Positions 13,300 to 25,459 of a DNA stretch of 64,000 nt are shown one piece after another. This DNA comes from Mobula hypostoma (taxonomy: Eukaryota). The translations under genes were made by a program, and so were the position numbers. The stretch lies in assembly GCF_963921235.1 (NCBI RefSeq), contig NC_086108.1, forward strand, positions 88,910,001 through 88,974,000. The letters run 5' to 3'. Numbering within the stretch: the first letter of the stretch is position 1; each line of letters opens with the position of its first letter. Below the pieces are notes generated by a model that worked only from the letters and a program-made list of their open reading frames with translations, made no database searches and was not told where the DNA came from.

Positions 13300-13750
13300 T
13301 CAGACACCCAAGCAGTTCAAGAGATTAGTCACAGCCCAGTTGCTACATTTCAATATCATGTACAAATGCCTCCCCCTCTCTCACCATTCCTGACAGTATG
13401 AATCAGTGCTCAAATCCATCCCACCGTTTTGTGCTGGCCACTCAAAGTTGTCTTGCTTTTCCTTGGCCCGACAGCTGCACTCCGCGACACACACTAGCAG
13501 TCAGAGGCAATTAGCTAATTACTTTTCTCTTAAATTAGCTTAGTGCGCGTTGGCGTCACGTCAGTCAGCTTGTCCTTTCAAGCTGCCATCCATACGTTTT
13601 ACAAACAAGCAGCAGCTGAGAGAATGACAACACAATTACACCATTTTTTTTAATATATATATGTACCTTTGTCGCTGGTTCCTGTCAGTTACATCTGTCT
13701 AACACTGCTTGTAACCGTGCTCTCTCCAATGTTCTCATGTTTTTCTGCAG
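13300..13750. promoter_or_regulatory. Candidate conserved enhancer or alternative promoter island
   Basis: Repeat-free, locally CpG-retaining (tccgcgac, gtgcgcgttggcgtcacgtcag), tandem CGTCA half-CRE sites at 13554-13563, TAAT/ATTA clusters and CAGCTG E-boxes. Function is inferred. Confidence 0.45.
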
Positions 13751-14589
13751 AAGGCTAGAAAATCCTCTGTGAAAAGTGGAAGTCAAAGCTGCTTTCCTGG
13801 CAGTGGGAAATCAAAAGACCCCACCCACTGTTTATTTTCTAGGCATGCATTCACAAAATCTGGGTGTCACCAGCCATTGTGTCTCTTATTGTCCATCCTT
13901 AATCACTCCTGAACTGAATTGCTTACTCTCAGTTAACATTGCTGAGAATCTGGTGTTTTATAGAAGCCATGGCAGGAGATTACATTCCCTGAAGGATGAG
14001 TTTGCAAAAAAAAAATCCACGTCCCCCATGTTCATCATTATTAATGCCAACTTTTTAAATCCAAGATTTAATAATTACTTGAATTTATTTTTCCCAGCTT
14101 CCACTGTGGAAATTGAACAATAGCCCAGATCTCTGACTCTAAGCCAATAATTTAAGCTTTATTCTGCAATATTTGAAAACAGAAGTAAATACATCAACAT
14201 TTGGCAACATATAAAAGAGAATATTTATTCCACAGAATGGTGAAGGGCCGATGTGTGTTAACTCTTTCATATTTTAAAAAATGTGCAGCCTGCTGGATAT
14301 TTTGAGGGATGAACTCATGAGTCATTAAATTCTCTTCATCAATATCACATAACAAGTTCAACAACCTACACTTATTTAGTGCCTTTTGTCAGTACTTCAT
14401 GAGTGTAAGCAAACAGGATTTGATACTGAATGCAGTCCTGATGCAGGGGACATCAACTTGCACTACTGATCCACTGAGTTCTTCCAGCATTCTGTTTGTT
14501 ATTCCCATTTCTTGCATCAGCAGTCTCTTTGTCTTCATTTGTGTCTGCTGTTCTTTCCCACTAACTCATTGGATCAAGCCACTAACATT

Positions 14590-14760
14590 TCTTCTCATTC
14601 ACCATCAGATTTCTGAATGGAGCAGAAACCCATGACCACTACCTCGTTTTTCATCTTTAGCAAGATATATTTATTTTTGTAGCTTAGTGTAACGTTTATG
14701 TTTTTGTACTGTAGTGCTGTCACAAATTATGTCAGAGGTAATAACCTCATTCTGATTCTA
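14590..14760 (+). mobile_element. Rex1-type LINE 3' tail
   Basis: accatcagatttctgaatgg..taataacctcattctgattct tail shared with other Rex1 copies in the window. Confidence 0.65.
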
Positions 14761-14889
14761 CTCTGGTCTTTTGACCAACAGAAATTTTAATCAGAAAAGG
14801 AATCCATGCTCAGCCCCATTACTATGTGCTGATTAAAGCAGCAAGCAGGATTAAAGCGTCGAAGTCCAAGAGCAGAAAAAGAACAGGAG

Positions 14890-15272
14890 TTCAGTGCCGT
14901 CTGCCCGCGTTTGTCCCATCTCCCTTTCTTTTTGCTACTACAGGAGTTGCAGAAGTCCTGGGTCCCTCGCTGCCAGGGTCAGGAACAGTGGCTGTCCTGC
15001 AGCCATCGAGCTCCTGGACCGACCTCACTTGACTCAGCGATAAACTGACTCCGCAGCCTGTAGACTCGCTTTTGGGGCTCTTCAGCTAACGTTTATGCAT
15101 TATTTGCATGATCTGTTCCTCTTTTTCACATGGGATGTTTGTTGGCCTTGGTTGTTTGTGGTTTTTCATGGATTCTATTGTGTTTCCTTATTTTGTGAGT
15201 ACCTTCAAGAACATGAATCTCAAGGTTAGATATGGTATACGTAATTGAAAATAACGTTACTTTGAAACTTTA
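14890..15272 (+). mobile_element. Short interspersed repeat ending in a Rex1-type tail
   Basis: Tail ..gaatctcaaggttagatatgg..ataacgttactttgaaactt matches 25240-25310 and 27105-27168; GC-richer 5' body. Confidence 0.55.
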
Positions 15273-15589
15273 ATCATCCGACTATTAGCAACAGACTCAG
15301 AATTCTGTCCCTGACACCTCTGTCTTTCTGCTCTCCTTCCTTCTTCAAGGCTCTAATCATCTTTGGCTTTGATTCATTTGCTCTAAACTCTCCTTGGTGT
15401 GACTTCCTCTCGGTGAGCCCTGCTGGCTTGCTAGTCAACGATTCTTTATAACCGCAAGAAATTCAGTTGAAAGACGGTCATCTTGAAACAGGGTAATTGT
15501 GTTTTGCTCTGTAGAGAGGTGTGCTGCCTGCCTGCCAAACACATCGTTTTCGATTTCAAATTTCCAGCATCCACATTATTTTTCTTTTG

Positions 15590-15850
15590 TGCTGCTGTTT
15601 GCTAAAGATATTAACTGAGCATGCCACTTGATGGTTCTCCACAATACTCAGCCTGACAGCTCTATAACATGCACGGAAAGCATGGCAGCTAATAGATTCC
15701 TTAATTTGCAAACTCATTAAGGAAGCAAGGTGCTTTTCATACAGATTGCCGCGACATGCTGACTCATTGGAGGATGCAAATGACACTACTGATCAGAGAT
15801 ACTGAAATGAAAAGATCCTATTAATGTCAGCTATATGCCAAAATCTGCAA
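15590..15850. promoter_or_regulatory. Candidate enhancer island
   Basis: Unique sequence with TGACTCA (15760-15766, within TGCTGACTCA), octamer ATGCAAAT (15774-15781) and TAATTTGCA. Function is inferred. Confidence 0.4.
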
Positions 15851-16089
15851 TAGTGTTTAGTCATGCTTAGAAATATTATTTAACTATGGCTCAGACTTAG
15901 TAAGTCTGAAGGGTGATCTAATAACCAGGAAATAAGGTGGCAGCAAAAGCTTCAGAGGAATATCATGAGTTTGGGCAAACAAATTTGTGATCAATGCATA
16001 AAATGATAAATTTGTTGAAGACAGTCTGCACAGATTCTGAACGTATGCCTTTAATGCAGGAAGTCAAAATGAGCAAACATATAAAAAAC

Positions 16090-16585
16090 CTTAGTAAGAG
16101 TACATGAAAGGGAAATGAGCGGTGCTCCCGATGCTTCTGTACCTGACAGGTGATAGTAGTGAGAAGAGAGCATGTCCTGGATGGTGAGGGTTTTGCCTGT
16201 GATGGACTAGGATGTATCCACCACTTCCTGTAGGTTTTTCCATTCCTGGGCTACGTTGTTTCCACACAAGGCCATAATGCATCCAGTCGGGATTCTCTCC
16301 ACTGTGCACAAATAAAAGTTTGTCAAAGTTTTAGATGACATGCTGAATCTGAGCAAACTTAAAGAATACAGAGGTGCTGTTGTGCCTTCTTTGTGGTGGA
16401 TCTGGGAGAGATTCTCTGATAGGATAACACCGCTATATTTAAAGTTACCAACCCTCTCCACCTTCGATTCCCTAATGAGGGTTTGTTCATGGAGCACCAG
16501 TTTCTTCCTTCTGTCGTCAATAATTAGCTCTTTGGATTTGCTGACATTGAATCAGAGGTTGTTGTTGTTGTGGCATAATTCAACA
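16090..16585 (-). mobile_element. Rex1/Babar LINE fragment
   Basis: Minus ORFs 16207-16497 and 16091-16309 (VERVGNFKY..KTLTNFYLCTVE..HPGHALFSLL). Confidence 0.85.
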
Positions 16586-17429
16586 AGATTGTCCCAGTAT
16601 TCCACAACTTTGAACCTTTACAGACCGTCACAATTGATCCACCTTTGCTTTATAACTCAATTTCTCCAGTCCTGGCAACACCTTTAAGAATTTGTTCTGC
16701 GCTCTTTCCAGCTTAATGACTTCCTTGCTGCTGAAGTACAAGGTCTGCCATGAACATGTTAACTGTCGGTGCATGCTCAAAGGACCAGATGCCTACTCCT
16801 ACACTTAATCTTACATCCTCATTAAAAAATGTTATCCACTGTGTCTTCGTGCATCCAGTACTATAATAGCATTCTCCCACCAAAGCATTCAAGTGGGTGT
16901 ATTTGGTGAATTATTTAATATGCCATAAATTTATTTTTATAACATAATACTGTATGTTATACTTATTTATTATTTATGACATAATACCACTGGTTTATTT
17001 GCCTCTTGGACATTCTTTGAGCCACAGATCATAAAGCCAATTATGCTTCAAATGTTGGATAAATGATTCTTAACAAGGGAACTCATTTATTTGCTGTATA
17101 GAAAGGATTAAAGGAGCCAAATCAACCTTTCACGAAATAGGAAAAAGTTCTGTACAGCCAAAGTAAACGGCTTCAGAGTGAAAATACTGCAACATTTATA
17201 CAAAGAGGAACAGTTATTGCTTCAGGGAATGACTATCCCCATTAGAACTGGGAAAGACAAAATACAAGCTAGTTTCAATGCAGAGGCTGGGTGTGAATGG
17301 AAAAGAAAGGGGGATATCAGAATTAGAATCAGAATAAGGTTTATTATCACTCATGTATGTTGTGAAATTCATTGTTTCATGCAGTAGTACAGCAGAAGAC
17401 AAAGAATTACTACAAGTTACAATTTAAAA

Positions 17430-20102
17430 GGGAAGGAACCATGGGTGACAAGTGAGCTGGAAAATCTAGTCAGGTGGAAGAAGGCAGCATACATGAGGTT
17501 TAGGAATCAAGGATCAGATGGGTCTATTGAGGAATATAGGGAAGCAAGAAAGGAGCTTAAGAAGGGGCTGAGAAGAGCAAGAAGGGGGCACGAGAAGGCC
17601 TTGGCGAATAGGGTAAAGGAAAACACCAAGGCATTCTTCAATTATGTGAAGAAAAAAAGGATGACAGGAGTGAAGGTAGGACCGATTAGAGATAAAGGTG
17701 GGAAGATGTGCCTGGAGGCTGTGGAAGTGAGCGAGGTCCTCAATGAATACTTCTCTTCGGTATTCACCAATGAGAGGGAACTTGACGATGGTGAGGACGA
17801 TATGAGTGAGGTTGATGTTCTGGAGCATGTTGATATTAAGGGAGAGGAGGTGTTGGAGTTGTTAAAATACATTAGGACAGATAAGTCCCTGGGGCCTGAT
17901 GGAATTTTCCCCAGGCTGCTCCACGAGGTGAGAGAAAAGATTGCTGAGCCTCTGGCTAGGATCTTTATGTCCTCGTTGTTCATGGGAATGGTACCGGAGG
18001 ATTGGAGGGAGGCAAGTGTTGTCCCCTTGTTCAAAAAAGGTAGTAGGGATAGTCTGGGTAATTATGGACCAGTGAGCATTACGTCTGTGGTGGGAAAGCT
18101 GTTGGAAAAGATTCTTAGAGATAGGATCTATAGGCATTTAGAGAATCATGGTCTGATCAGGGACAGTCAGCATGGCTTTGTGAAGGGCAGATCGTGTCTA
18201 ACAAGCCTGATAGAGTTCTTTGAGGAGGTGACCAGACATATAGATGAGGGTAGTGCAGTGGATGTGATCTATATGGATTTTAGTAAGGCATTTGACAAGG
18301 TTCCACACGGTAGGCTTATTCAGAAAGTTAGAAGGCATGGGATGCAGGGAAGTTTGGCCAGGTGGATTCAGAATTAGCTTGCCTGCAGAAGGCAGAGGGT
18401 GGTGGTGGAGGGAGTACATTCAGATTGGAGGATTGTGACCAGTAGTGTTCCACCAGGATCTGTTCTGGGACCTCTACTTTTCGTGATATTTATTAACGAA
18501 CTGGATGTGGGGGTAGGAGGGTGGGTTGGCAAGTTTGCAGACGACACAAGATAGTGTAGACGATTGTCAAAGATTGCAGAGAGACATTGATAGGATGCAG
18601 GAGTGGGCTGAGAAGTGGCAGATGGAGTTCAACCCGGAGAAGTATGAGGTGGTACACTTTGGAAGGACAAACTCCAAGGCAGAGTACAAAGTAAATGGCA
18701 GGATACTTGTGTAAGGGGGTTTCGATTTTTATGTTACTGCGGAGGCTAATTAAAATGGCGTCTTTGTTATGTTAATCTGGGGAATACGGCTTTGTTGTGT
18801 TAAACGCTGAGAAAGTTTGCACTAGCAGCTTGTTGCGGTTTAGAGGGTGATAAGAAATACGTTATTAATCAATTGGGATAGTTGTTATGGTTTTGGTGTA
18901 TTTGAAGATACTGTATGCGTGGGGTTTTGGGGCAGAAGTGGGGAGAGCGAGACAGAGGATGGACGAGGTGCTGTGTGTCCGCTAACGGGGTCGGACCCCG
19001 AGCAGGACGTTCGGGGAGGAGACGGAGACGGACTCGTGTGGAGCGTCTGGTCGACCACCGTTGTTGGTCCCAGGCGGCCGGTCAAGGTGGTCCGAGGGGG
19101 TCGCAGGGTGAAGAAGAAGGTCCTTGAGCTCCAATGGTTTTTGTGCACGAAGAGATTGAACTTTGATAAGTGTGGCGCCTTTTATTTTCCTTTTATATTT
19201 TATTCTCTTTTAATTATATAGTTCCAGTAATATCTATAAACTGTAAATCATTTAATTGCATCTGGTGTATTGTCTGTTATTTGGGTGGGGTGGGGTACCT
19301 CACACAGCATCCACACAAACGAATTATCCAGTGTGGCGGGGCCAAGGCTGTTTCCCTAGACGACAGCGAGCCGAGCGACCCTGAGGGTGGCCAGGGGGGC
19401 TACACTTGGTAGTGTGGAGGAGCAGAGGGATCTGGGGGTACATGTCCACAGATCCCTGAAAGTTGCCTCACAGGTAAATAGGGTAGTTAAGAAAGCTTAT
19501 GGGGTGTTCGCTTTCATAAGTCGAGGGATAAAGTTTAAGAATCACAATGTAATGATGCAGCTCTATAAAACTCTGGTTAGGCCACACTTGGAGTACTGTG
19601 TCCAGTTCTGGTCGCCTCACTATAGGAAAGATGTGGAAGCATTGGAAAGGGTACAGAGGAGATTTACCAGGATGCTGCCTGGTTTAGAAAGTATGCATTA
19701 TCATCAGAGATTAAGGGAGCTAGGGCTTTACTCTTTGGAGAGAAGGAGGATGAGAGGAGACATGATAGAGGTGTACAAGATAATAAGAGGAATAGATAGA
19801 GTAGATAGCTAGCGCCTCTTCCCTAGGGCACCACTGCTCAATACAAGAGGACATGGCTTTAAGGTAAGGGGTGGGAAGTTCAAGGGGGATATTAGAGGAA
19901 GGTTTTTTACCCAGAGATTGGTTGGTGCGTGGAATGCACTGCCTGAGTCAGCGGTGGAGGCAGATACACTAGTGAAGTTTAAGAGGCTACTAGACAGGTA
20001 TATGGACGAACTTAAGGTGGGGGCTTATATGGGAGGCAGAGTTTGAGGGTCGGCACAACGTTGTGGGCCGAAGGGCCTGTACTGTGCTGTGCTATTCTAT
20101 GT
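17430..20102 (+). mobile_element. Young 5'-truncated CR1 LINE (ORF2 RT domain to 3' tail), interrupted by a solo LTR
   Basis: 310-aa ORF 17445-18377 (GPDGIFPRLL, SQHGFVKGRSCLTSL, DVIYMDFSKAFDKVPH), FADD region near 18535, ORF 19387-19812 (LVRPHLEYCVQFWSPH), tail gctattctatgtt; ttaaaa on both sides as a possible short TSD. Confidence 0.95.
18710..19404. mobile_element. Solo LTR (695 bp, TGTA...TACA termini, 4-bp TSD CTTG)
   Basis: CR1 reads ggata-CTTG|insert|CTTG-gtagtgtgg; TSD at 18706-18709 and 19405-19408; insert is CpG-rich with no coding homology. Confidence 0.9.
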
Positions 20103-21424
20103 TAAAAAATAAATAGTGCAAAAAAGAAGGAACAGAGAGGTAGAGCCCATGGGTTCATGGATTGTTCAGAAAACTGATGGCAGAGGGTTGGAGCTGTTTT
20201 AAAACACTGAGTATGGGTCTTAAGGCTCCTGTACCTCCTCCCTGGAGACACTGATGAGAAGAGGGCACGTCCTGAATGGTGAGGGTTCTGTGATAGATAG
20301 CATCTTTTCAAGTACCACCTTTTGAAGATGTTCCTATGGTGGTGAGGGGTGTGCCTGTGATGGGTTTATGAATTTCCAGTAGGGTACAACTAGGACTACT
20401 GTGGGAATATTTATAGGTATCATCATCTAATGAAGGGGTTCCCAACAAGGGGTCCATGGAGCCCTTGCTTAATGGTATTCGCCATTTATCATGCACTCAC
20501 AAAGGATTGGACCCAGGTGTGGAGGAACAGCAGGATCCCAGGACAAGATAGAAACAAGAGTTTAAATATCAGAACCAGAGCCTCAAAGGCACAACCAAGC
20601 AACTCCCCAAGAACACACCCTGTCCAACACATTACCCCCACTGAGGCCCTGAATGAGAGCTTTCTTTAAAGAATCATAGAATGGGAAACACCTATGATTA
20701 TTTAACAATTATCTTGACAAAATTAAACTGAAAACACAAGGGCTTAATAACTCTAGTCAAGATAATGAATATTAAATACAGGTGCTCAAAAACCCAAGCA
20801 GCTCAATGCTCTATGGCAAGCCATAGGAATCATGACACCATTGGCATAAAAAAAAGTTTGGGAACTCCTTCCCTAATGGATTAAAGGGGAGAGCTGGAGA
20901 ACGATAATATAAATAATTAGTGTGAAAAGATGCAAAATATCCAACTATAGAAAATAGGGATCAGGTCAGGCTGTGCTAACAGAATGAAAGTAACAAGCTA
21001 GTATCACAGAGAGCTTACACTAGAAATGACGAGCACCAATACGGGCAGAAAAGGGGAGTTATTTGTAGTTGCAGAATTTCATATTGAGTCCAAAAGGCTG
21101 CCACACATCCAGAAGGAAGATGAAGTATTACTACTCAAGCTTGAATTGGTTTCATTGCAACCTAGTTCAAGCTTGAGGATACCACAGACAGATAGGTCTG
21201 AGTAGAAGTGAGCTGGAGGACCAAAGATTTAAAATTGAGTTTATTTGCTTATTTTGATATATATTTGTTATGCATGTTCATTTCTCTTGTAAGAATGGAC
21301 CTTATCATGTGCAATCCACTTCATTAGTATTACAGTTTTAGTGAGTGACTCCCAAAAGGGATGTTATGAAGAGTTGATATTATAGCTCAAACCTGTTGCT
21401 CACTTTATAGTGTCTAACTTAAAG

Positions 21425-21775
21425 TAGTTCAAAGTGAATTTATTATCAATGTGAATGTTATATATGTCCCTATATGCTACCTTGAGATCCATTTTCTTGC
21501 AGGGATTCACAGTAGAAAAAAGTACAACAGAATTAATGAAAAACTACACACAAAGAATGCCAAAAAAACCATGTGCAAAATCAGGCAAGCTATGCAAATA
21601 ATAATATTCAGAACATGAATTGCAGATCCCTTGAAAGTGAGCCCATCGGCTGTGGAATCAGTTCCTATACAAGGTGAATGCAGTTATCCACGCTGGTTCA
21701 GGAGCCTAGTTGTTGTAGAGTAATAACTCTTCATGAATCTGGTGGTGTGGGAGCAAAGGCTCCTGTACCTCCTTC
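21425..21775 (-). mobile_element. Rex1-type 3' tail fragment
   Basis: gttcaaagtgaatttattatc tail in antisense, ending in aggctcctgtacctcct as in other copies. Confidence 0.7.
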
Positions 21776-22064
21776 TCTACAAAGTACTATCACATTGAAA
21801 TTTATAATAGCAACAACACGTGTGCATTTAAATTCATAGCAACTTTTTAAAATTCTCAACCTTCACTTTACTGACCAACACATCTCATAAATAATTAGCA
21901 GACTGTATCTGTTACTTGAATGCTGAATGAATATTTTTAAAGCAGTGCAGATGACATTGTAAAGGCAGCGTTCTTGTCATTTATTTCAGTCAATAAATGT
22001 CAACACACAGAATTTATTGGTGAAATAATTAGTAATATTTTACTAATTTAATCTTCAGAAATAA

Positions 22065-22752
22065 TTGAGGCAGGTGACTGTTGCCAAATGGGTTCTAAAC
22101 AACATCAGTTGTGTGCAATTGTGTGGCCATTAGAAGCTATGCTATGCCTAGAGAGAACAGTTTTTAAATGGCATCAGTTGTGTGTGTTTGTGTTTAAAAA
22201 AAACAGTAATTTTTGTCACTGGTAGTTGGTGGGAAATAAGCTGTAAGACAATTCAGAACTGTTTTTCTCATGGTGGTTTCAACCATTCAGGCTTGGAGAT
22301 GCCAGGAATGTCCGGGAGTGAAAGTGAAATGATTTTGCTACTTCAACAAGTTAGGACAATGAGAAATTTGATGGTATCAGCAATTATCTTGAATGTTACA
22401 ATGAAAATGAAGATGTGGAGGAAGCAATCGCCGATAACATTGTTTAAATGTAGTCTATTATCTGCACTTGGTGTCTGCTTTGATTTTGTTCTTTGCACAT
22501 ACTGGATGAGTTCCTCTGTAGATAACGATTAGGAACTGATAGATAGTTTTATAATATTGTAGTATTATGATAGTGTTCTAACTTATTGTGCATTCATTTA
22601 AATATGTAATTTATTACTCAGTTTGTGTTTTTAATACTTTTTTTTATCTATTTCTATACAGTTACCTACTTAGCTATTTGGCTAATTGGGGCAGCTGCTT
22701 AATTGGACCAAAATGTGCTGGTCCAATGTATTCCAATTAACCGGACCCTCTG
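22065..22752 (+). mobile_element. pogo/Tigger-like DNA transposon relic (3' part)
   Basis: Peptide WWEISCKTIQNCFSHGGF in ORF 22182-22532 resembles the pogo/Tigger transposase C-terminal W..I.NCF..GF motif; ends ccaattaaccggaccctctg|TA. Confidence 0.65.
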
Positions 22753-24639
22753 TATTTGGAAATGCATGCAGTGTGGTACATTGCTTTGCAAATACACTGA
22801 CATTAAGACTTTGCATCTGTAAAGTTGGTTATAGCAAGAACAATAATAATCACACTAACTTCACTTAAAATGGAAAAGTGGCCCAAAAAGCATTATCAAA
22901 CAAGAAATGAAGTCATGGGATATAATGAACTAACAATGATGCTCTGCTGTTCTCTGCAAATCTTTAGACTTAAAGGTAGAGAGACAGAAAGAGCTTCATA
23001 GAGGAATTTTCAGAGCTTAGTGCTTCAACAGCTGAAGGCATGGTTGTCAATGATGAAGTGCTTAAATCTGTGATTGGAGAAGAGGTCAGAATTGGAGGCA
23101 TACAGATATTTTATGGAGTTACAGGTCTGGAGGGCATTGCAAAGTTAGGGTGGGGCAAGACCATGGATAGACTGGAAAACATTTGCAAGAACTTTATATA
23201 TCCATTTCATGAAATCCAAGAACAGGGCCAGAATCTTATGAAAGAGGTGGGCACCCTCTCTATTTCTGGATTTTGTCTAATATCTGTCAGAATAATATGT
23301 TGATTGATGGCCATAGGAGTATCAGACCAACTCCCACCAGAATAAAGCCATTCAATGCAGGGGATCAGTGAATAGAGAGTGACAAAATTAATGAGGGATT
23401 TTGAAATTGGTATTTCAGAGTCTTCAAACATAGAAAGGTTCTGTTTTTTTACTGGCTTTGAAAAATCATTGAAAATCACTTAGAGAACAATGAAATCCAA
23501 AGAAAAATGGAAAGAACTAAAATTGATTATTCACATTTCACTTTATACTTCAAAATAATATCTGCAGAATGTTGAGATGAAGGGAATTTAAATCAGATAC
23601 ATGGTTCGTGAAATTGAATTGTGTGTTACTAAATGATTCAGGAAATGGTTTAAAACCTTTGTCCTTCCTTCTTATGTATTATTCAGTCAGAAGCGCTGGT
23701 CTGTCTTTGGTTATGTTCAGCCTAAACTGAGGTCTCCTCTGAATGGTGACCTTGACCTTGATATCTGATACTTTTTAATACTATGATGTTCTGTATCAAT
23801 GTACAACTTGCTTACACAGCCAAATTGGATTCAGTTCAAGTCAAGCAGAGTACTCTCATTCATTTATTACCTTGTTCATTGCTTATTTTCCCAAGTGGTT
23901 TTAATGGTATTCCATCACTTAGTATTCCATGAATAGTTCTCATGTACTTCAATTAGAAACACAGGGAGAAGGATGAACAATAAACTGCGTTAAGCTTGAA
24001 GGATAAAGAAATGAGAGGTAATTTTCAATCATTTTGCTCCTTGGTAGGAATGGACTGATTTTTGTTGGACTGATAAACGTATCAGCAAAAGAATAAATGT
24101 ACTGTATGTAACTCATGGCACTGAAAAGATGCTGAGATACATACAAAAATGCCCCAACTAGAAATTTTTTCAGTTGAATGATGGCAGTAGATCTTCAGCT
24201 CTTCTAAGATTGTCAGGCATCCGGCCTTGAGCCACACTGATTCTTCCAGTGTGGTTCCCACTAGCCCTCCACTGGGAGCCCAACTCCTGGCATGTCCGCA
24301 TGACGTGGTGCAGCATGAGTTGCCTCATTGCCCTCTCAGAATGGTCTTGACAGCTGATGTGGCCCCACCCCAGGATCACCAGCTGTCTATTCTGTCACTG
24401 GTGTTGAATATCTGTAAATGCCTTTGACATTCACAGATGTTTAAAACCATATGGAAACTGCCAGTAAATAAATTAAATTTATAAAAATAAAATTATTTCT
24501 AAAAAATTGAAAATCAAAAGCCTGACCACACGCATGCTCAAAAATATCTTTAAACTAGCTCAACTAAATCAAATAGAAGGATATATTTATGATTCCTCCC
24601 ATTCATTTTGAAGGGGGTAATTTTACATGCTCCAACACA

Positions 24640-25010
24640 GGGTGTCACAATAGCACAGTTAGGACAGTTACTGCCACATAGCTCTGGCAACCAGTGTTCA
24701 GTCCTGAGCTCTGCTGCTGTCAGTCTGGAGTGTGCAAGCCCTCCCTGTAACCAGCACACACAAATGCTGGAGGAATTCTCAGCAGCGGCATCTATAAGGG
24801 GATAAACAGTCGACGTTTCAGGCCAGGACTCTTGATCAGGACTGGAAAGGAAAGGTTGTGTGGTTCCTCCAGGGGCTCCAGGTTCCTTCCACATCCCAAA
24901 AAATGTGCAGGTTAAGTAAATTAGCTAGTTAAGTAAGTTGGTCACTCTGAATTGAGCTTAGGGAACAGAGGAAGATCAAAATTAATGGGAAGATGGGGAG
25001 AAAAAATTGA
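24640..25010 (+). mobile_element. tRNA-headed SINE with a Penelope terminal-repeat piece inserted (about 24752-24855, minus strand)
   Basis: SINE head and body similar to 50278-50580; the insert carries a hammerhead-like motif at 24808-24843. Confidence 0.65.
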
Positions 25011-25029
25011 GTTAGAATATTAGTGTGGA

Positions 25030-25312
25030 TAACTTCACTTACCTCAACACTGACTGATTCCATAAGCTGTGGATTCGCTTTCAAGGATTCTATAGCTCAT
25101 GCTCTCAGTATTATTTATATATAGTTGTTTATTTATTTATTTGTATTTTCACAGCTTAAGTTCTTTTGCATGTTGGTTGTTTATCAGTCATTGTGAAAAG
25201 TTTTTCATTGATTGTATGTTCTTCTGTGAATACCTGCAAGAAAATGAATCTCAGGATAGTATATGGTGATATATAAGTACTTTGATAATAAATTTACTTT
25301 GAACTTTGAAAT
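25030..25312 (+). mobile_element. Rex1-type 3' tail
   Basis: ggataacttcact...gataataaatttactttgaactttg, same as 26865-27168. Confidence 0.75.
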
Positions 25313-25459
25313 TTGACTAGTGTAAATGAGTGCTTGATAGTTGGGTCCAAGCAATACACACTCACCGGCCTCAGCCTGAAACCTTGACTGTACTCTGTTT
25401 CATCGACACTGTCTGGCCTGCTGAGTTCCTCCAGCACTGAGTGTGTGTTGTTTGCTATT

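Larger units (their letters stand above)
17318..20370 (-). mobile_element. Rex1 3' fragment split in two (17318-17430 and 20103-20370) by a CR1 insertion
   Basis: The two halves joined align with the uninterrupted copy at 55833-56430; minus ORF 20102-20311 HHSGRALFSSVSPGRRYRSLKTHT. Confidence 0.8.

Noticed and set aside
18847..19221. 124-aa ORF and overlapping ORFs inside the 695-bp insert
   Set aside because: They lie in the GC-rich part of a solo LTR and show no recognisable domain.
20370..20837. Possible solo LTR ending ..catgaca
   Set aside because: No matching left terminus with a TSD could be identified, so it is left unannotated.
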